A stretch of 58,564 bases of DNA from Deltaproteobacteria bacterium (GCA_014380135.1 JACMKN010000093.1:1-58564), one strand, 5' to 3'; counted from the first letter of the stretch, positions 30,239 to 40,914 are shown. Notes: generated from the sequence alone by a model not told the origin. Made by a program: numbers and translations.

Positions 30239-30277
30239 AACTATCCATTACTCTTGATCGCTTTAGAGGGAACCTAC

Positions 30278-31078
30278 ATGCGCAAAAAAGTTACCATTCC
30301 CGAGATACTCCAGATGAAACAGGCGGGCCGGCGAATAACGGTGTTGACCGCATACGATTTTCCGTTTACGCGCCTGGTAGACGGCGGCGGAGTGGACATC
30401 ATCCTGGTGGGTGATTCCGTCGGCGTCGTATTTTCCGGGTACGATACGACCCTGCCGGTCACGATGGATGAAATGATCTACCACGTAAAGGCGGTGCGGC
30501 GTGCCGACCCAAGGGCGCTGGTAGTGGCCGACATGCCTTTTATGTCCTACCAGACCAGCATCGAGGAGGCCTGCCGCAACTGCGGACGGATGATCAAGGA
30601 GGGGGGCGCCGAGGCGGTCAAGGTCGAGGGGGGCAGCAATATGGCCCACGTCATACGAGCGGTGTCCACGATCGATATTCCGGTCATGGCCCACATCGGT
30701 TTGACACCGCAATCGGTGCATCGCATGGGTGGCTTTAAGGTCCAGGGGAGAAATGAGCAGGCCGAGCGGATCATGGATGATGCACTGGCCGTGCAGCATG
30801 CCGGCGCCTTTGCCGTGGTGCTGGAGGGGATCCCGGCCAAACTGGCGGCGGAGATCTCCGCCGAACTGACGATTCCGACCATCGGCATCGGGGCCGGTCC
30901 GGCCTGTGACGGCCAGGTGCTGGTGATCCACGACATCCTGGGGCTGTGTGAAAAATATTCGCCCAAGTTCGTCAAGCGCTACGTTGATCTGGCGCCGCTG
31001 ATTTCCGGTGCCGTCAAGCAGTATGTTGACGAGGTGCGGGCGGGCGAGTTTCCGACCGAAGAGCATTCATTCAGCTAA
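30278..31078 (+). CDS. panB: 3-methyl-2-oxobutanoate hydroxymethyltransferase
   Basis: ITVLTAYDFPFTRLVD...ILVGDSVG and KVEGG motifs. ATG at 30278 behind AGAGGG. Confidence 0.95.
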   Translation: MRKKVTIPEILQMKQAGRRITVLTAYDFPFTRLVDGGGVDIILVGDSVGVVFSGYDTTLPVTMDEMIYHVKAVRRADPRALVVADMPFMSYQTSIEEACRNCGRMIKEGGAEAVKVEGGSNMAHVIRAVSTIDIPVMAHIGLTPQSVHRMGGFKVQGRNEQAERIMDDALAVQHAGAFAVVLEGIPAKLAAEISAELTIPTIGIGAGPACDGQVLVIHDILGLCEKYSPKFVKRYVDLAPLISGAVKQYVDEVRAGEFPTEEHSFS

Positions 31079-31126
31079 CCGGCTAACCCTTCGACAGTTC
31101 GGCAGGCTCACTGCACCGCTCTGCCC

Positions 31127-31172
31127 CTTCGGCTCCGCTCAGGGAACTGCCGGTGGCTGAGCGGAGCCGAAG
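31127..31172 (+). repeat. Perfect 16-bp inverted repeat (hairpin) in the panB-panC spacer
   Basis: CTTCGGCTCCGCTCAG (31127-42) and CTGAGCGGAGCCGAAG (31157-72), separated by a 14-nt loop. Confidence 0.8.
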
Positions 31173-31196
31173 CCATTTTACGACATCAGGAAATAT

Positions 31197-32048
31197 ATGC
31201 AGATAATCAGTGATATCCAGCAGATGCAATCTTTGGCAACCTCCCTCAAACGGGAAGGCAAACGGATCGCCTTTGTGCCGACCATGGGCTTTCTGCATGC
31301 GGGGCACGCCTCGCTGCTGCGGGAAGGGCGCCGGCGCGGAGATGTTCTGGTTCTCTCGATCTTCGTCAATCCGATCCAGTTCGGGCAGAACGAGGATCTG
31401 GACCTCTATCCCCGCGACGTGGAGCGTGATTGCCGGATTGCCGCCGAATGCGGCGTCGATATCGTTTTCACGCCGGATGCCGCCGGCATGTACCCGCCCG
31501 GATTCCAGACAGGCGTGACGGTGCGGGAGGTCTCGCTGCCGCTTTGCGGCGCCAGCCGGCCCGGGCATTTTGACGGTGTTGCTACCGTCGTAGCCAAGCT
31601 GTTCAATATTGTTCAGCCGGACCTGGCGCTCTTCGGGCGCAAGGATTACCAGCAGCTGGCGGTTATTCGCCGCATGGTCCTGGATCTGTGCATGCCGGTC
31701 GAGATTGTCGGGATGCCGATCGTGCGCGAAACGGACGGGCTGGCCATGAGTTCGCGCAACGCCTACCTGTCGCAGGAACAGCGCCGCAGCGCCCTCTGTC
31801 TGCATCGCACTGTTGTTGCTGCGCGGAAGATGTTCGCCGCCGGAGAACGTCGTGTAGATGTCATGCGGAAGGCGGCTCAGGAAACAATCGGGCAGGAACC
31901 ATCGGTGTCGATCGAGTATGTCGAGTTTCGCGACGGGGCCACGCTGGAGGAACAGGAAATCGTCGACAATGCCACACTGCTGGCGTTGGCGGTTAAAATA
32001 GGGCAGACCAGACTGATAGACAATACCGTACTTGGAGAGGAGTTGTAA
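31197..32048 (+). CDS. panC: Pantoate--beta-alanine ligase
   Basis: [16 protein letters not shown] (HIGH-like) and FGRKDYQQL motifs. Confidence 0.95.
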   Translation: MQIISDIQQMQSLATSLKREGKRIAFVPTMGFLHAGHASLLREGRRRGDVLVLSIFVNPIQFGQNEDLDLYPRDVERDCRIAAECGVDIVFTPDAAGMYPPGFQTGVTVREVSLPLCGASRPGHFDGVATVVAKLFNIVQPDLALFGRKDYQQLAVIRRMVLDLCMPVEIVGMPIVRETDGLAMSSRNAYLSQEQRRSALCLHRTVVAARKMFAAGERRVDVMRKAAQETIGQEPSVSIEYVEFRDGATLEEQEIVDNATLLALAVKIGQTRLIDNTVLGEEL

Positions 32049-32049
32049 C

Positions 32050-32445
32050 ATGCAAAGAATCATGCTGAAGAGCAAGATCCACCGAGCCACTGTCACCGGC
32101 GCCGACCTGCACTACGAGGGAAGCGTCACCATCGACCGCGATCTGATGGACGCGGCCGACATCGTTTCCTATGAAAAGGTCGCCGTCTGGAATGTCACCA
32201 ACGGCAGCCGCCTGGAGACTTACGCCATCGAAGGACAGCGCGGTTCCGGCGTAATCTGTCTGAATGGCGCCGCCGCCCGCCTGGTGGCCCCCAGGGATCT
32301 GGTTATCATCGCCAGCTTCGTCAATATGGAGAACGAAGCGGCCATCAAGCACGAGCCCAAACTGGTCTTCGTGGATGAGCAGAACCGCATGCTGCCGACC
32401 CGCAAGGAAGAGGCCGGGCAGGCCAAGCTGAAGGTCGTGCATTAG
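32050..32445 (+). CDS. panD: Aspartate 1-decarboxylase
   Basis: [25 protein letters not shown], including the G-S self-cleavage site. ATG at 32050. Confidence 0.95.
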   Translation: MQRIMLKSKIHRATVTGADLHYEGSVTIDRDLMDAADIVSYEKVAVWNVTNGSRLETYAIEGQRGSGVICLNGAAARLVAPRDLVIIASFVNMENEAAIKHEPKLVFVDEQNRMLPTRKEEAGQAKLKVVH

Positions 32446-32476
32446 GCAACGCCCTGGACAATAAATGTAGTATTCA

Positions 32477-32510
32477 GGCGGAAGACTTCGTGTTTTCCGC
32501 CTGTTTCGTT
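32477..32510 (+). terminator. Intrinsic terminator after panD
   Basis: GGCGGAA (32477-83) pairs with TTCCGCC (32495-501), followed by TGTTTCGTTT. Confidence 0.65.
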
Positions 32511-32613
32511 TGGTGCCAACCGGCCTGCCTTCAGGCTGGGATAGCAGACAGTGCTTTCAATTTGCAGATATTCCGGTATCATTAGAGCGTAATTACGCTG
32601 CAAAGGGGGATAC

Positions 32614-33876
32614 ATGTCCGAACCTGTCATTTATGCCACTTCCTGGTTGATCAATCCTGATGCGCCGCCGGTCGCGGGAGGCGCCATCCTTGTTCGGGAC
32701 GGTGTGATTTCCGCCACCGGAACGCTGGCGGATCTGAAACGGGAGTCTTCCGCAGCGGTGATCGAATACCCCGGCTGCGCGATCCTGCCCGGTTTCGTCA
32801 ATGCCCATACCCATCTTGAACTGACCTATTTCCCTGCCTGGCGTCTGAGGTCGAATATCGACTACAATCCGCGCCGCTTTACGGACTGGATCATCCAGTT
32901 GATCAAGATTGCCCGTGGTTTGACCCCGGAAGATTACCCGTCTTCGCTGCGGGAAGGAATGCGCATGTGTCTGGAGTCCGGCACTACTGCGGTCGGTGAG
33001 ATCGTCAGCAATCCGGCGCTGGCCGGGCTCTATGCCGAAGCGCCGCTGGCCGGTCGGCTCTATTTCGAGGTGCTGGGGCAGGATCCGGTCAGATTTAATG
33101 ACAAGCTGGACGGTGCGGTAGCCGCTGCGGGGTCCGGTGATAGCGGTTCGATGACGACCGGCCTTTCGCCCCACTCAGCCTACACGATTGGAGTAGAGCA
33201 TTTATCGGCGATAAGTGACGCGGCTCTTGCACGGCGACTGCCGTTGTCGATCCACATCTCCGAATCAAAGGCCGAGACAGACTTCATCTTCGATGGCAGC
33301 GGGCCTCTGGCGCAGGATTTCTATCCCTTCGCCGGCTGGGAGCGCTATCTTACTCACCCGCTGCGCTGCAGTACTACGGAGCTGCTGGATCGCCACGGCC
33401 TTCTGACCCCGGATACCCTGGCGGTGCACTGTGTCCACGTCAATCTGGCCGATGCCCGCACATTGAAGGAACGCGGTGTCAGCATCGCACTCTGTCCGCG
33501 CAGCAACGACAAGCTGGACGTGGGGCGCGCCCCGGTGGCTCTCTTCAAAAAACTGGGTATTCCGCTGGCGCTCGGCACGGATTCGCTGGCCAGCAACGAC
33601 TCGCTTTCATTGTGGGACGAGATGCGCTATGCCCTGGAGGCATTTTCCAATGATCTTGCAGCGGAGGATCTGTTCCGCATGGTCACCAGCGGCGGGGCCT
33701 CCGCTCTCGGCATCGCAAAAACCTGTGGTTCTTTACATGCCGGCCAGCGCGCCGATTTTCAGGTGGTCGAAAATTGCGGCGCTACCGAAAAAGGACTTCT
33801 GGAGCGTGTCGTCAGAAGCGGACGCGTGCAGGAAGTCTACTCTGGCGGAAAACGTTATGCGGGAAGCCGGGCTTGA
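32614..33876 (+). CDS. Amidohydrolase superfamily protein (TRZ/ATZ, nucleoside or aminofutalosine deaminase-like)
   Basis: FVNAHTHLE metal-binding HxH, and later HCVH and GTDS motifs. Substrate cannot be assigned from sequence. Confidence 0.82.
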   Translation: MSEPVIYATSWLINPDAPPVAGGAILVRDGVISATGTLADLKRESSAAVIEYPGCAILPGFVNAHTHLELTYFPAWRLRSNIDYNPRRFTDWIIQLIKIARGLTPEDYPSSLREGMRMCLESGTTAVGEIVSNPALAGLYAEAPLAGRLYFEVLGQDPVRFNDKLDGAVAAAGSGDSGSMTTGLSPHSAYTIGVEHLSAISDAALARRLPLSIHISESKAETDFIFDGSGPLAQDFYPFAGWERYLTHPLRCSTTELLDRHGLLTPDTLAVHCVHVNLADARTLKERGVSIALCPRSNDKLDVGRAPVALFKKLGIPLALGTDSLASNDSLSLWDEMRYALEAFSNDLAAEDLFRMVTSGGASALGIAKTCGSLHAGQRADFQVVENCGATEKGLLERVVRSGRVQEVYSGGKRYAGSRA

Positions 33877-33926
33877 ATCCAAAACAGGAGCCGGGCGGCA
33901 AGCCCGGTTGAGGAGATGTTACAAGA

Positions 33927-34157
33927 ATGATTTGCCGTTACTTCAAGGTTGCCCACCGCGACATGGTCTACCTCAAATTCATCCTGGAAGCCTACGAGGG
34001 TATGAACGTCATGAGTACCGTCGATAATAAGGCCGGAATCATCCGTATCGCGATCATGCCCGGTTTTGTGGAGGACATGGATGCCCTGCTGGCCGAACTG
34101 GGGCGAAAGGTGGTCATGGAACCGGTCGCATGGAATGATGCCACCTGTGAATTCTGA
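33927..34157 (+). CDS. DUF4911-like small protein
   Basis: 76 aa. The RYFKVAHRDMVYLKFILEAYEGM pattern matches my recollection of DUF4911. Confidence 0.55.
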   Translation: MICRYFKVAHRDMVYLKFILEAYEGMNVMSTVDNKAGIIRIAIMPGFVEDMDALLAELGRKVVMEPVAWNDATCEF

Positions 34158-34226
34158 CGTTAGCCCCCCGCGTCCGTTATACCCCCCTTTGAGATTTACA
34201 AACCATATCCCCAGGAGAAAATATTG

Positions 34227-36509
34227 ATGCAGTCAAGTTCCGATGAAGTTCACCCGATTCTGCCGATCCTGATCGAACAGAGCGGCCTGGCCGCCGCCTC
34301 GGTCGCCAATACCGTTGAGTTGCTGAAAGAGGGGGCCACGGTCCCCTTTATTGCCCGCTACCGCAAGGAGCGCACCGGTGAGCTGGATGAGGTGCAGATC
34401 CGGCTGCTGGAGGATCTGCTGGCCTACCATAGCGAGCTGGGCGAGCGGAAGATGACCGTGCTGAAAAGCATTGCAGAACAGGGCAAGCTGACTCCCGAAC
34501 TGGAGGGGCGCATCGTTGACTGCCGGCAGAAAACCGAGCTGGAAGATCTGTATCTCCCCTATCGTCCCAAACGCCGTACCAAGGCCATCATCGCCAGGGA
34601 ACGAGGACTGGAGCCGCTGGCCGACCTGCTGGCAGCCGGTGTAGCGTCCGGCAGCCTGGAAGATCTGGCTGCGCCTTTTGTAAATCCGGAAGGCGATGTG
34701 CCGGATGCCGCCTCCGCACTGGAAGGAACCGGACATATTCTGGCAGAACGATTGGCCGACGATGCCGATGCGCGGGCTTTTGTACGCCGTTTGACCTGGG
34801 AGGAGGGGTTGCTTTGCTCACGGGTGGCGGCCGACAAGAAGGAGGCTGTCACCAAGTTCGAGATGTATTACGACCATCAGGAACAGTTGCGGAACGTGCC
34901 ATCGCACCGTCTGCTGGCCATGCGGCGCGGGGAAAAGGAAGAGGTGCTTTATCTGACGATCCAGGCCCCGGTTGATACGATCCTGGTCGGTCTGAAGTCC
35001 CGAATCGCCAAGGGAAAGGGTGTTGCGGTAGAGTTTCTGGAACGGGTGGCCGAGGACGCCTACAAACGGCTGATCGCGACCGCCATCGAGGGGGAATTGC
35101 GGCTGGAAGCCCGCAATCGGGCCGATGAGGTCGCCATCAAGATTTTTGCGGACAATCTGCGCAACCTGCTGCTGCTGCCGCCGGCCGGGAGTTACCGGGT
35201 GCTGGGGGTCGATCCCGGCCTGCGCACCGGCTCAAAACTGGCGGCGGTGGATGAAACCGGCCGCCTGCTGGAATATGCAACCATTTACCCCCACACCGGC
35301 GGTGGGGCCAAGGTCGCCCTGGCCAGGGAAACGCTGATTGAGATGGCCAAGCGCTGCAACAGCCAACTGGTGGCGATCGGCAACGGCACCGCCGGCCGTG
35401 ATATGGAACTTTTTGTCAAGGAAACCCTGCGCGAGGCGGGAATGGACCTGGCGGTCGTGATCGTCAACGAGGCCGGGGCCAGCGTGTATTCCGCCTCGGA
35501 GATCGCCCGTGAGGAGTTTCCCGACCTGGATTTGACGATCCGCGGCGGCGCTTCGATCGCCCGCCGACTGCAGGATCCGCTGGCCGAACTGGTCAAGATC
35601 GATCCCAAGAGCATCGGCGTGGGACAGTACCAGCACGATGTGGATCAGTCCGCCCTGAAGAAGTCGCTGGATGCGGTGGTGGAGTCGTGTGTGAACTATG
35701 TCGGGGTGGATCTGAACACCGCTTCCTGGGCGCTGTTGGCCTATGTCTCCGGCATCGGTGAAACCCTGGCCAGGAACATCGTCCGGCATCGCGACCAGAA
35801 TGGCCCTTTTGCCACCAGAAAGAGTCTGCAGAAGGTGGCCCGCTTCGGCCCGAAGACCTATGAGCAGGCTGCCGGTTTTCTACGTATTCGCCGCGGCGTT
35901 GATCCGCTGGACAACACCGCCGTGCATCCCGAGCGTTATGCGCTGGTGGAACGAATGGCCGCCGATTTGGGGGTGAAGGTGGCCGAGTTGGTGGCCGATG
36001 CGGGCAAAGTGGAGCGGATCGAGCTGTCGCGCTACATGGCGGAAGGGTTGGGGCTGCCGACCCTGAAGGACATTGCCGAAGAACTGAAGAAGCCGGGGCG
36101 TGATCCGCGGGCCGCCTTCAAGACAGCCGATCTGCGTGATGATATCCGCGAGCTGTCCGATCTGAAGGAGGGCATGATCCTGGAGGGGACCGTTACCAAC
36201 GTGGCCGCCTTTGGCGCCTTCGTCGATATTGGCGTTCACCAGGACGGTCTGGTGCATGTCAGCCACCTGTCGAACCGCTTCCTCAAGGAACCGGGCGAGG
36301 CGGTCAAGGTCGGCCAGGTGGTCAAGGTCAAGGTGCTGGCGGTGGATATTCCGCGCAAGCGAATCTCGCTATCGATCAAGGAGGCCTCACCGCAACTGCA
36401 GCAGGCCCGCCCCAAGGGAGCGCCGCCGCAGAAAAATGCGCCGGCCGCCGCACCGGTCAACAGCTGGGAAAAGGCCGGCTTCCGGGTCCGTGAGGGGCGG
36501 CAGAAGTAA
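34227..36509 (+). CDS. tex: Tex-like transcription accessory protein (YqgF, HhH and S1 domains)
   Basis: TVPFIARYRKERTG N-terminus, a GVDPGLRTG YqgF-like motif, and the C-terminal S1 domain GTVTNVAAFGAFVDIGVHQDGLVHVS. ATG at 34227 (the ORF-track TTG is one codon earlier). Confidence 0.93.
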   Translation: MQSSSDEVHPILPILIEQSGLAAASVANTVELLKEGATVPFIARYRKERTGELDEVQIRLLEDLLAYHSELGERKMTVLKSIAEQGKLTPELEGRIVDCRQKTELEDLYLPYRPKRRTKAIIARERGLEPLADLLAAGVASGSLEDLAAPFVNPEGDVPDAASALEGTGHILAERLADDADARAFVRRLTWEEGLLCSRVAADKKEAVTKFEMYYDHQEQLRNVPSHRLLAMRRGEKEEVLYLTIQAPVDTILVGLKSRIAKGKGVAVEFLERVAEDAYKRLIATAIEGELRLEARNRADEVAIKIFADNLRNLLLLPPAGSYRVLGVDPGLRTGSKLAAVDETGRLLEYATIYPHTGGGAKVALARETLIEMAKRCNSQLVAIGNGTAGRDMELFVKETLREAGMDLAVVIVNEAGASVYSASEIAREEFPDLDLTIRGGASIARRLQDPLAELVKIDPKSIGVGQYQHDVDQSALKKSLDAVVESCVNYVGVDLNTASWALLAYVSGIGETLARNIVRHRDQNGPFATRKSLQKVARFGPKTYEQAAGFLRIRRGVDPLDNTAVHPERYALVERMAADLGVKVAELVADAGKVERIELSRYMAEGLGLPTLKDIAEELKKPGRDPRAAFKTADLRDDIRELSDLKEGMILEGTVTNVAAFGAFVDIGVHQDGLVHVSHLSNRFLKEPGEAVKVGQVVKVKVLAVDIPRKRISLSIKEASPQLQQARPKGAPPQKNAPAAAPVNSWEKAGFRVREGRQK

Positions 36510-38216
36510 CTACACCATCAGCACCCGCAAGCCCTGTCCGGCTCCTGACACGTAGACAAACGTGCAGGTTGCCGGACCCGTTTTCCACTCCCCCTTGCGA
36601 TAATCATTGATAAATGCATGGCGGAAAGCCTTGATCCGGCAGTCTGCCGGCAGGTCAAACCCGCTCGGCAGGTCCCGCAGGCCGGGCCAGCTGCACTGGT
36701 TTTGTCGCGGCATGGCGAAAGAGGGCAGCTTGCCCATCAAGGGCATTTCGCTGAGGCAGTAGTCGAAGAACAGTGCATCGTACAATTCCGTTTTTTCTTC
36801 CTGATTGACAAGCTCTTCTGACAAAACGGCGAACAGTTCGTAGACCCGGCGCCGAGTGAAGCTGGAAAGGTTTTCATTGCCGGCCTTGCGTGCCATTCGG
36901 TCCAGAATGGCAGACAAGGATCTTTCCTGCTTCAAATACTGAAAGGCCGTGGCAAACCCGCCATGTTTCTGGAACAGGTCCAGCAGGCGCCCGATTGTTT
37001 CAATACGACAGATATCGTCGTAAGAAAGCCAGCGGTTACGCAGGATCGTGTAGGGGGGATGGCTGGAGAACGCGTATTCCTCGCGATCGGCGATCTCACG
37101 CATCGCTGAACCTTTCAGCACCTTGAGCGGTTCGATCTGGATTTCATGGGGCTGCAGTTCGGCCACCGCCTGCAGCGAGCGCAAAAAGCCCTCATAATCT
37201 TCTTCCGGCAAGCCTGCCACCAGATCCAGATGCAGCTCGACCTGGGTTTCTGCTTTGAGACGGCGGACGTTGCCGTAGATGCGTGACAGATCCGCCTTGC
37301 GTCCCACTAGAGCCAGCGTGCTTTCCGAGGCCGACTGGATACCGATTTCAAAACGGAAGGTGTCTTGCGGGACTTGCGCCAGAATGCGCAGGTTGTCATC
37401 GGTCAGAAGGTCGGCGGCTATTTCGAAATGGAAGTGGCTGCCCCGATTGTGCTCAAGGATGAATTCCCACAGCTGTCCGGCCCGTAGAGCATCGTAATTG
37501 AAGGTGCGGTCCACCAGCTTGATCTGCGACACGTTCTGACTCATAAGCAGCAGCAGGTCCTGCTGGATTCGTTCCAGCCCGAAGGAGCGCACCGATCCTT
37601 CCAGCGCTGAAAGGCAGAAAGCGCAGGAGAAGGGGCAGCCGCGGGAGGTTTCGTAATAGACCAGCGGTTTTTCCAGATCCACCAGGCCGGCCTCGAACGG
37701 TGAAGGGATCCTGTCCAGATCAATCTGTGTTTCAGAGGGCGGGCCGGATACGATATCTTCTCCTTCACGAAAGAAAAGATTGCCGATTGCGGCCAGCGTA
37801 TCTCCGGTCAGAGTGCTGTTGTCTTCTTCGAGTAAAGTTTCCAGCAGTCGCCGGAAAACCTCTTCGCCTTCACCCTTGATGACAAAGTCGACCGCCGGGT
37901 TGGCGTACATCAGTTCAAAGACCCCGAAGGACGCCTCCGGTCCCCCCAGCGCGATCTGTGTCTGCGGCGCTATCTTTTTGATATCCGAAACGATCTGCAG
38001 GGTCTGTTCGATGTTCCAGATGTAGCACGAAAAGGCGATCAGGTCGGCCCCTTCGGCCATGATCAGTCGCAGGAGCTGCTGGCGCGGTTCGTTGACGGTC
38101 CATTCGCGGATCACAATCTGCGTCACGGGAATGTCGCGGCAGGCGGCCGCCAGGCAGGGGAGCGCCAGCGAGGCGTGGGAGTATTTGGCGTGCAGGGTTG
38201 CAAGGAGTATTTTCAT
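36510..38216 (-). CDS. B12-binding-domain radical SAM protein with DUF4080-like C-terminus
   Basis: N-terminal MKILLATLHAKYSHASLALP cobalamin-binding-like domain and the CPFSCAFC (CX3CX2C) cluster motif. ATGA overlap with the upstream CapA gene. Confidence 0.86.
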   Translation of the reverse strand: MKILLATLHAKYSHASLALPCLAAACRDIPVTQIVIREWTVNEPRQQLLRLIMAEGADLIAFSCYIWNIEQTLQIVSDIKKIAPQTQIALGGPEASFGVFELMYANPAVDFVIKGEGEEVFRRLLETLLEEDNSTLTGDTLAAIGNLFFREGEDIVSGPPSETQIDLDRIPSPFEAGLVDLEKPLVYYETSRGCPFSCAFCLSALEGSVRSFGLERIQQDLLLLMSQNVSQIKLVDRTFNYDALRAGQLWEFILEHNRGSHFHFEIAADLLTDDNLRILAQVPQDTFRFEIGIQSASESTLALVGRKADLSRIYGNVRRLKAETQVELHLDLVAGLPEEDYEGFLRSLQAVAELQPHEIQIEPLKVLKGSAMREIADREEYAFSSHPPYTILRNRWLSYDDICRIETIGRLLDLFQKHGGFATAFQYLKQERSLSAILDRMARKAGNENLSSFTRRRVYELFAVLSEELVNQEEKTELYDALFFDYCLSEMPLMGKLPSFAMPRQNQCSWPGLRDLPSGFDLPADCRIKAFRHAFINDYRKGEWKTGPATCTFVYVSGAGQGLRVLMV

Positions 38217-39250
38217 CGATCGCTGCCCGAGAAATCTACACTGTATTTTCCACCACTGTTCCGGATTTCGGTCCGGAAGGGCTGTGACAGCACCCTCAGC
38301 TTTTCCATGACCGCCTCGGCTCTGGTTCCCGACAGAAGGCGGGGCTGGAAGCCGACCCGATGGTTCAGCACATCCAGTGGCAGGATCTCGGCTGTTCTCT
38401 GCTTTTCGTCCAGTCGCAGGCGGATCAGGGCGCCGACATCGGCGGTGGTACTCTTGCTGGCAAAGGCGAGATTACCCAGGCTGTAGAAGATGATGCCCTT
38501 TTTGTAGATTTCGACCCCCTGCAGCACATGAGGATGGTGGCCGATGATGACATCCGCCCCGGCATCAATGGCGTTGTGAGCGGCGTTGCGCTGATTGGCC
38601 TGTGCCGTGTCGCCGGCTTCTTTGCCCCAATGAAAGGAAACGATGACATAGTCGGCCTGTCGGCGGGCGCTGGCCACGTCGGCCGTAACCAGTTTTTCGT
38701 AACCGGGGGCGGTGCCGGGACGGGTCTTGCCGGCGAAGAACTCGATCGGTCGGGTCAGGGAGTAGCCCAGGAAAGCGATCTTCTTGCCCTTGACAGTATA
38801 GAGCGCCATCTGGCGGGCTTCATCCAGATTCAGACCGGCGCCGATCCAGGCGATACCGGCCGCATCCAGATGTCCCAGCGTCTCGGCCAGCGCCGCGCCA
38901 CCGTAGTCCATGCTGTGGTTGTTGGCCAGCGTCACCATATTGAAGCCGGCCGCGCGGATGGCTTTGGCAACCGCCGGTTCGGCCCGGAAGCGGAACTGCT
39001 TGCCGCTGAATTCGCTGCCGCCGCTTGCGATCGGCGATTCCAGATTGGCGATGTTGATGTCGCCCTTGGCCAGTTCGGCTTTGATGCCGTCGAAAGGGTA
39101 TCCATAACCACTGGACTTCAGTACGGGCGCCCACTTGCCGGCCAGCATGATGTCGCCGGCGGCGTTGATGACGATCTCCTCCGCCAACAGGCTGATTGGT
39201 GTGCACAGGAACATTAATGTAAGCAGGATAAGGGCAAGTGCAGGTTTCAT
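38213..39250 (-). CDS. CapA/PGA_cap family metallophosphoesterase-like secreted protein
   Basis: Signal peptide, GDIMLAG, NLESP, ANNHSMDYG and SFHWG motifs typical of CapA. Confidence 0.83.
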   Translation of the reverse strand: MKPALALILLTLMFLCTPISLLAEEIVINAAGDIMLAGKWAPVLKSSGYGYPFDGIKAELAKGDINIANLESPIASGGSEFSGKQFRFRAEPAVAKAIRAAGFNMVTLANNHSMDYGGAALAETLGHLDAAGIAWIGAGLNLDEARQMALYTVKGKKIAFLGYSLTRPIEFFAGKTRPGTAPGYEKLVTADVASARRQADYVIVSFHWGKEAGDTAQANQRNAAHNAIDAGADVIIGHHPHVLQGVEIYKKGIIFYSLGNLAFASKSTTADVGALIRLRLDEKQRTAEILPLDVLNHRVGFQPRLLSGTRAEAVMEKLRVLSQPFRTEIRNSGGKYSVDFSGSDR

Positions 39251-39319
39251 TGAGGCTCTTTTGCATTGACGAGAGGTGGCACAAGTGCTAGAAAATACAC
39301 TTTTAATCCTGAAAAATAA

Positions 39320-40600
<1,281 letters not shown>

Positions 40601-40621
40601 GGTAAGGCCGGCATTAATCTT

Positions 40622-40650
40622 TTGAATTTTGGAAATGTTTATGATATAGA
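40622..40650 (+). promoter_or_regulatory. Candidate sigma70 promoter for tRNA-Ser
   Basis: TTGAAT (40622-27), a 17-nt spacer, then TATAGA (40645-50), ending 16 nt before the tRNA 5' end. Confidence 0.4.
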
Positions 40651-40666
40651 GACAAACTCTGAATTT

Positions 40667-40754
40667 GGAGAGGTGACCGAGTGGTTTAAGGTAGCGGTCT
40701 TGAAAACCGCCGAGTGTAACAGCTCCGTGAGTTCGAATCTCACCCTCTCCGCCA
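40667..40754 (+). tRNA. tRNA-Ser (anticodon UGA), CCA encoded
   Basis: Acceptor GGAGAGG/CCTCTCC, anticodon arm GCGGT-CTTGAAA-ACCGC, a long variable arm, T arm GTGAG-TTCGAAT-CTCAC, discriminator G, then CCA. Confidence 0.95.
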
Positions 40755-40788
40755 TAACTATCTTGTAGTTGTAACAACTACCAAACAT

Positions 40789-40841
40789 ATAGCCCCTGCT
40801 TAAAGTGAAGCCTCTTGTGAGACCTCTTAAGCAGGGGCTAT
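40789..40841. repeat. Perfect 15-bp inverted repeat with 23-nt spacer at the tRNA/islet junction (possible bidirectional terminator)
   Basis: ATAGCCCCTGCTTAA (40789-803) and TTAAGCAGGGGCTAT (40827-41). It is preceded by a 7-bp hairpin GTAGTTG-TAA-CAACTAC (40765-81). Confidence 0.75.
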
Positions 40842-40914
40842 TATCATTTGCACATCAATTGTTTGTTAGTATTGGCATCTTTTATTGCGGAGCGGATATA
40901 CCTGCAGATCTTGA

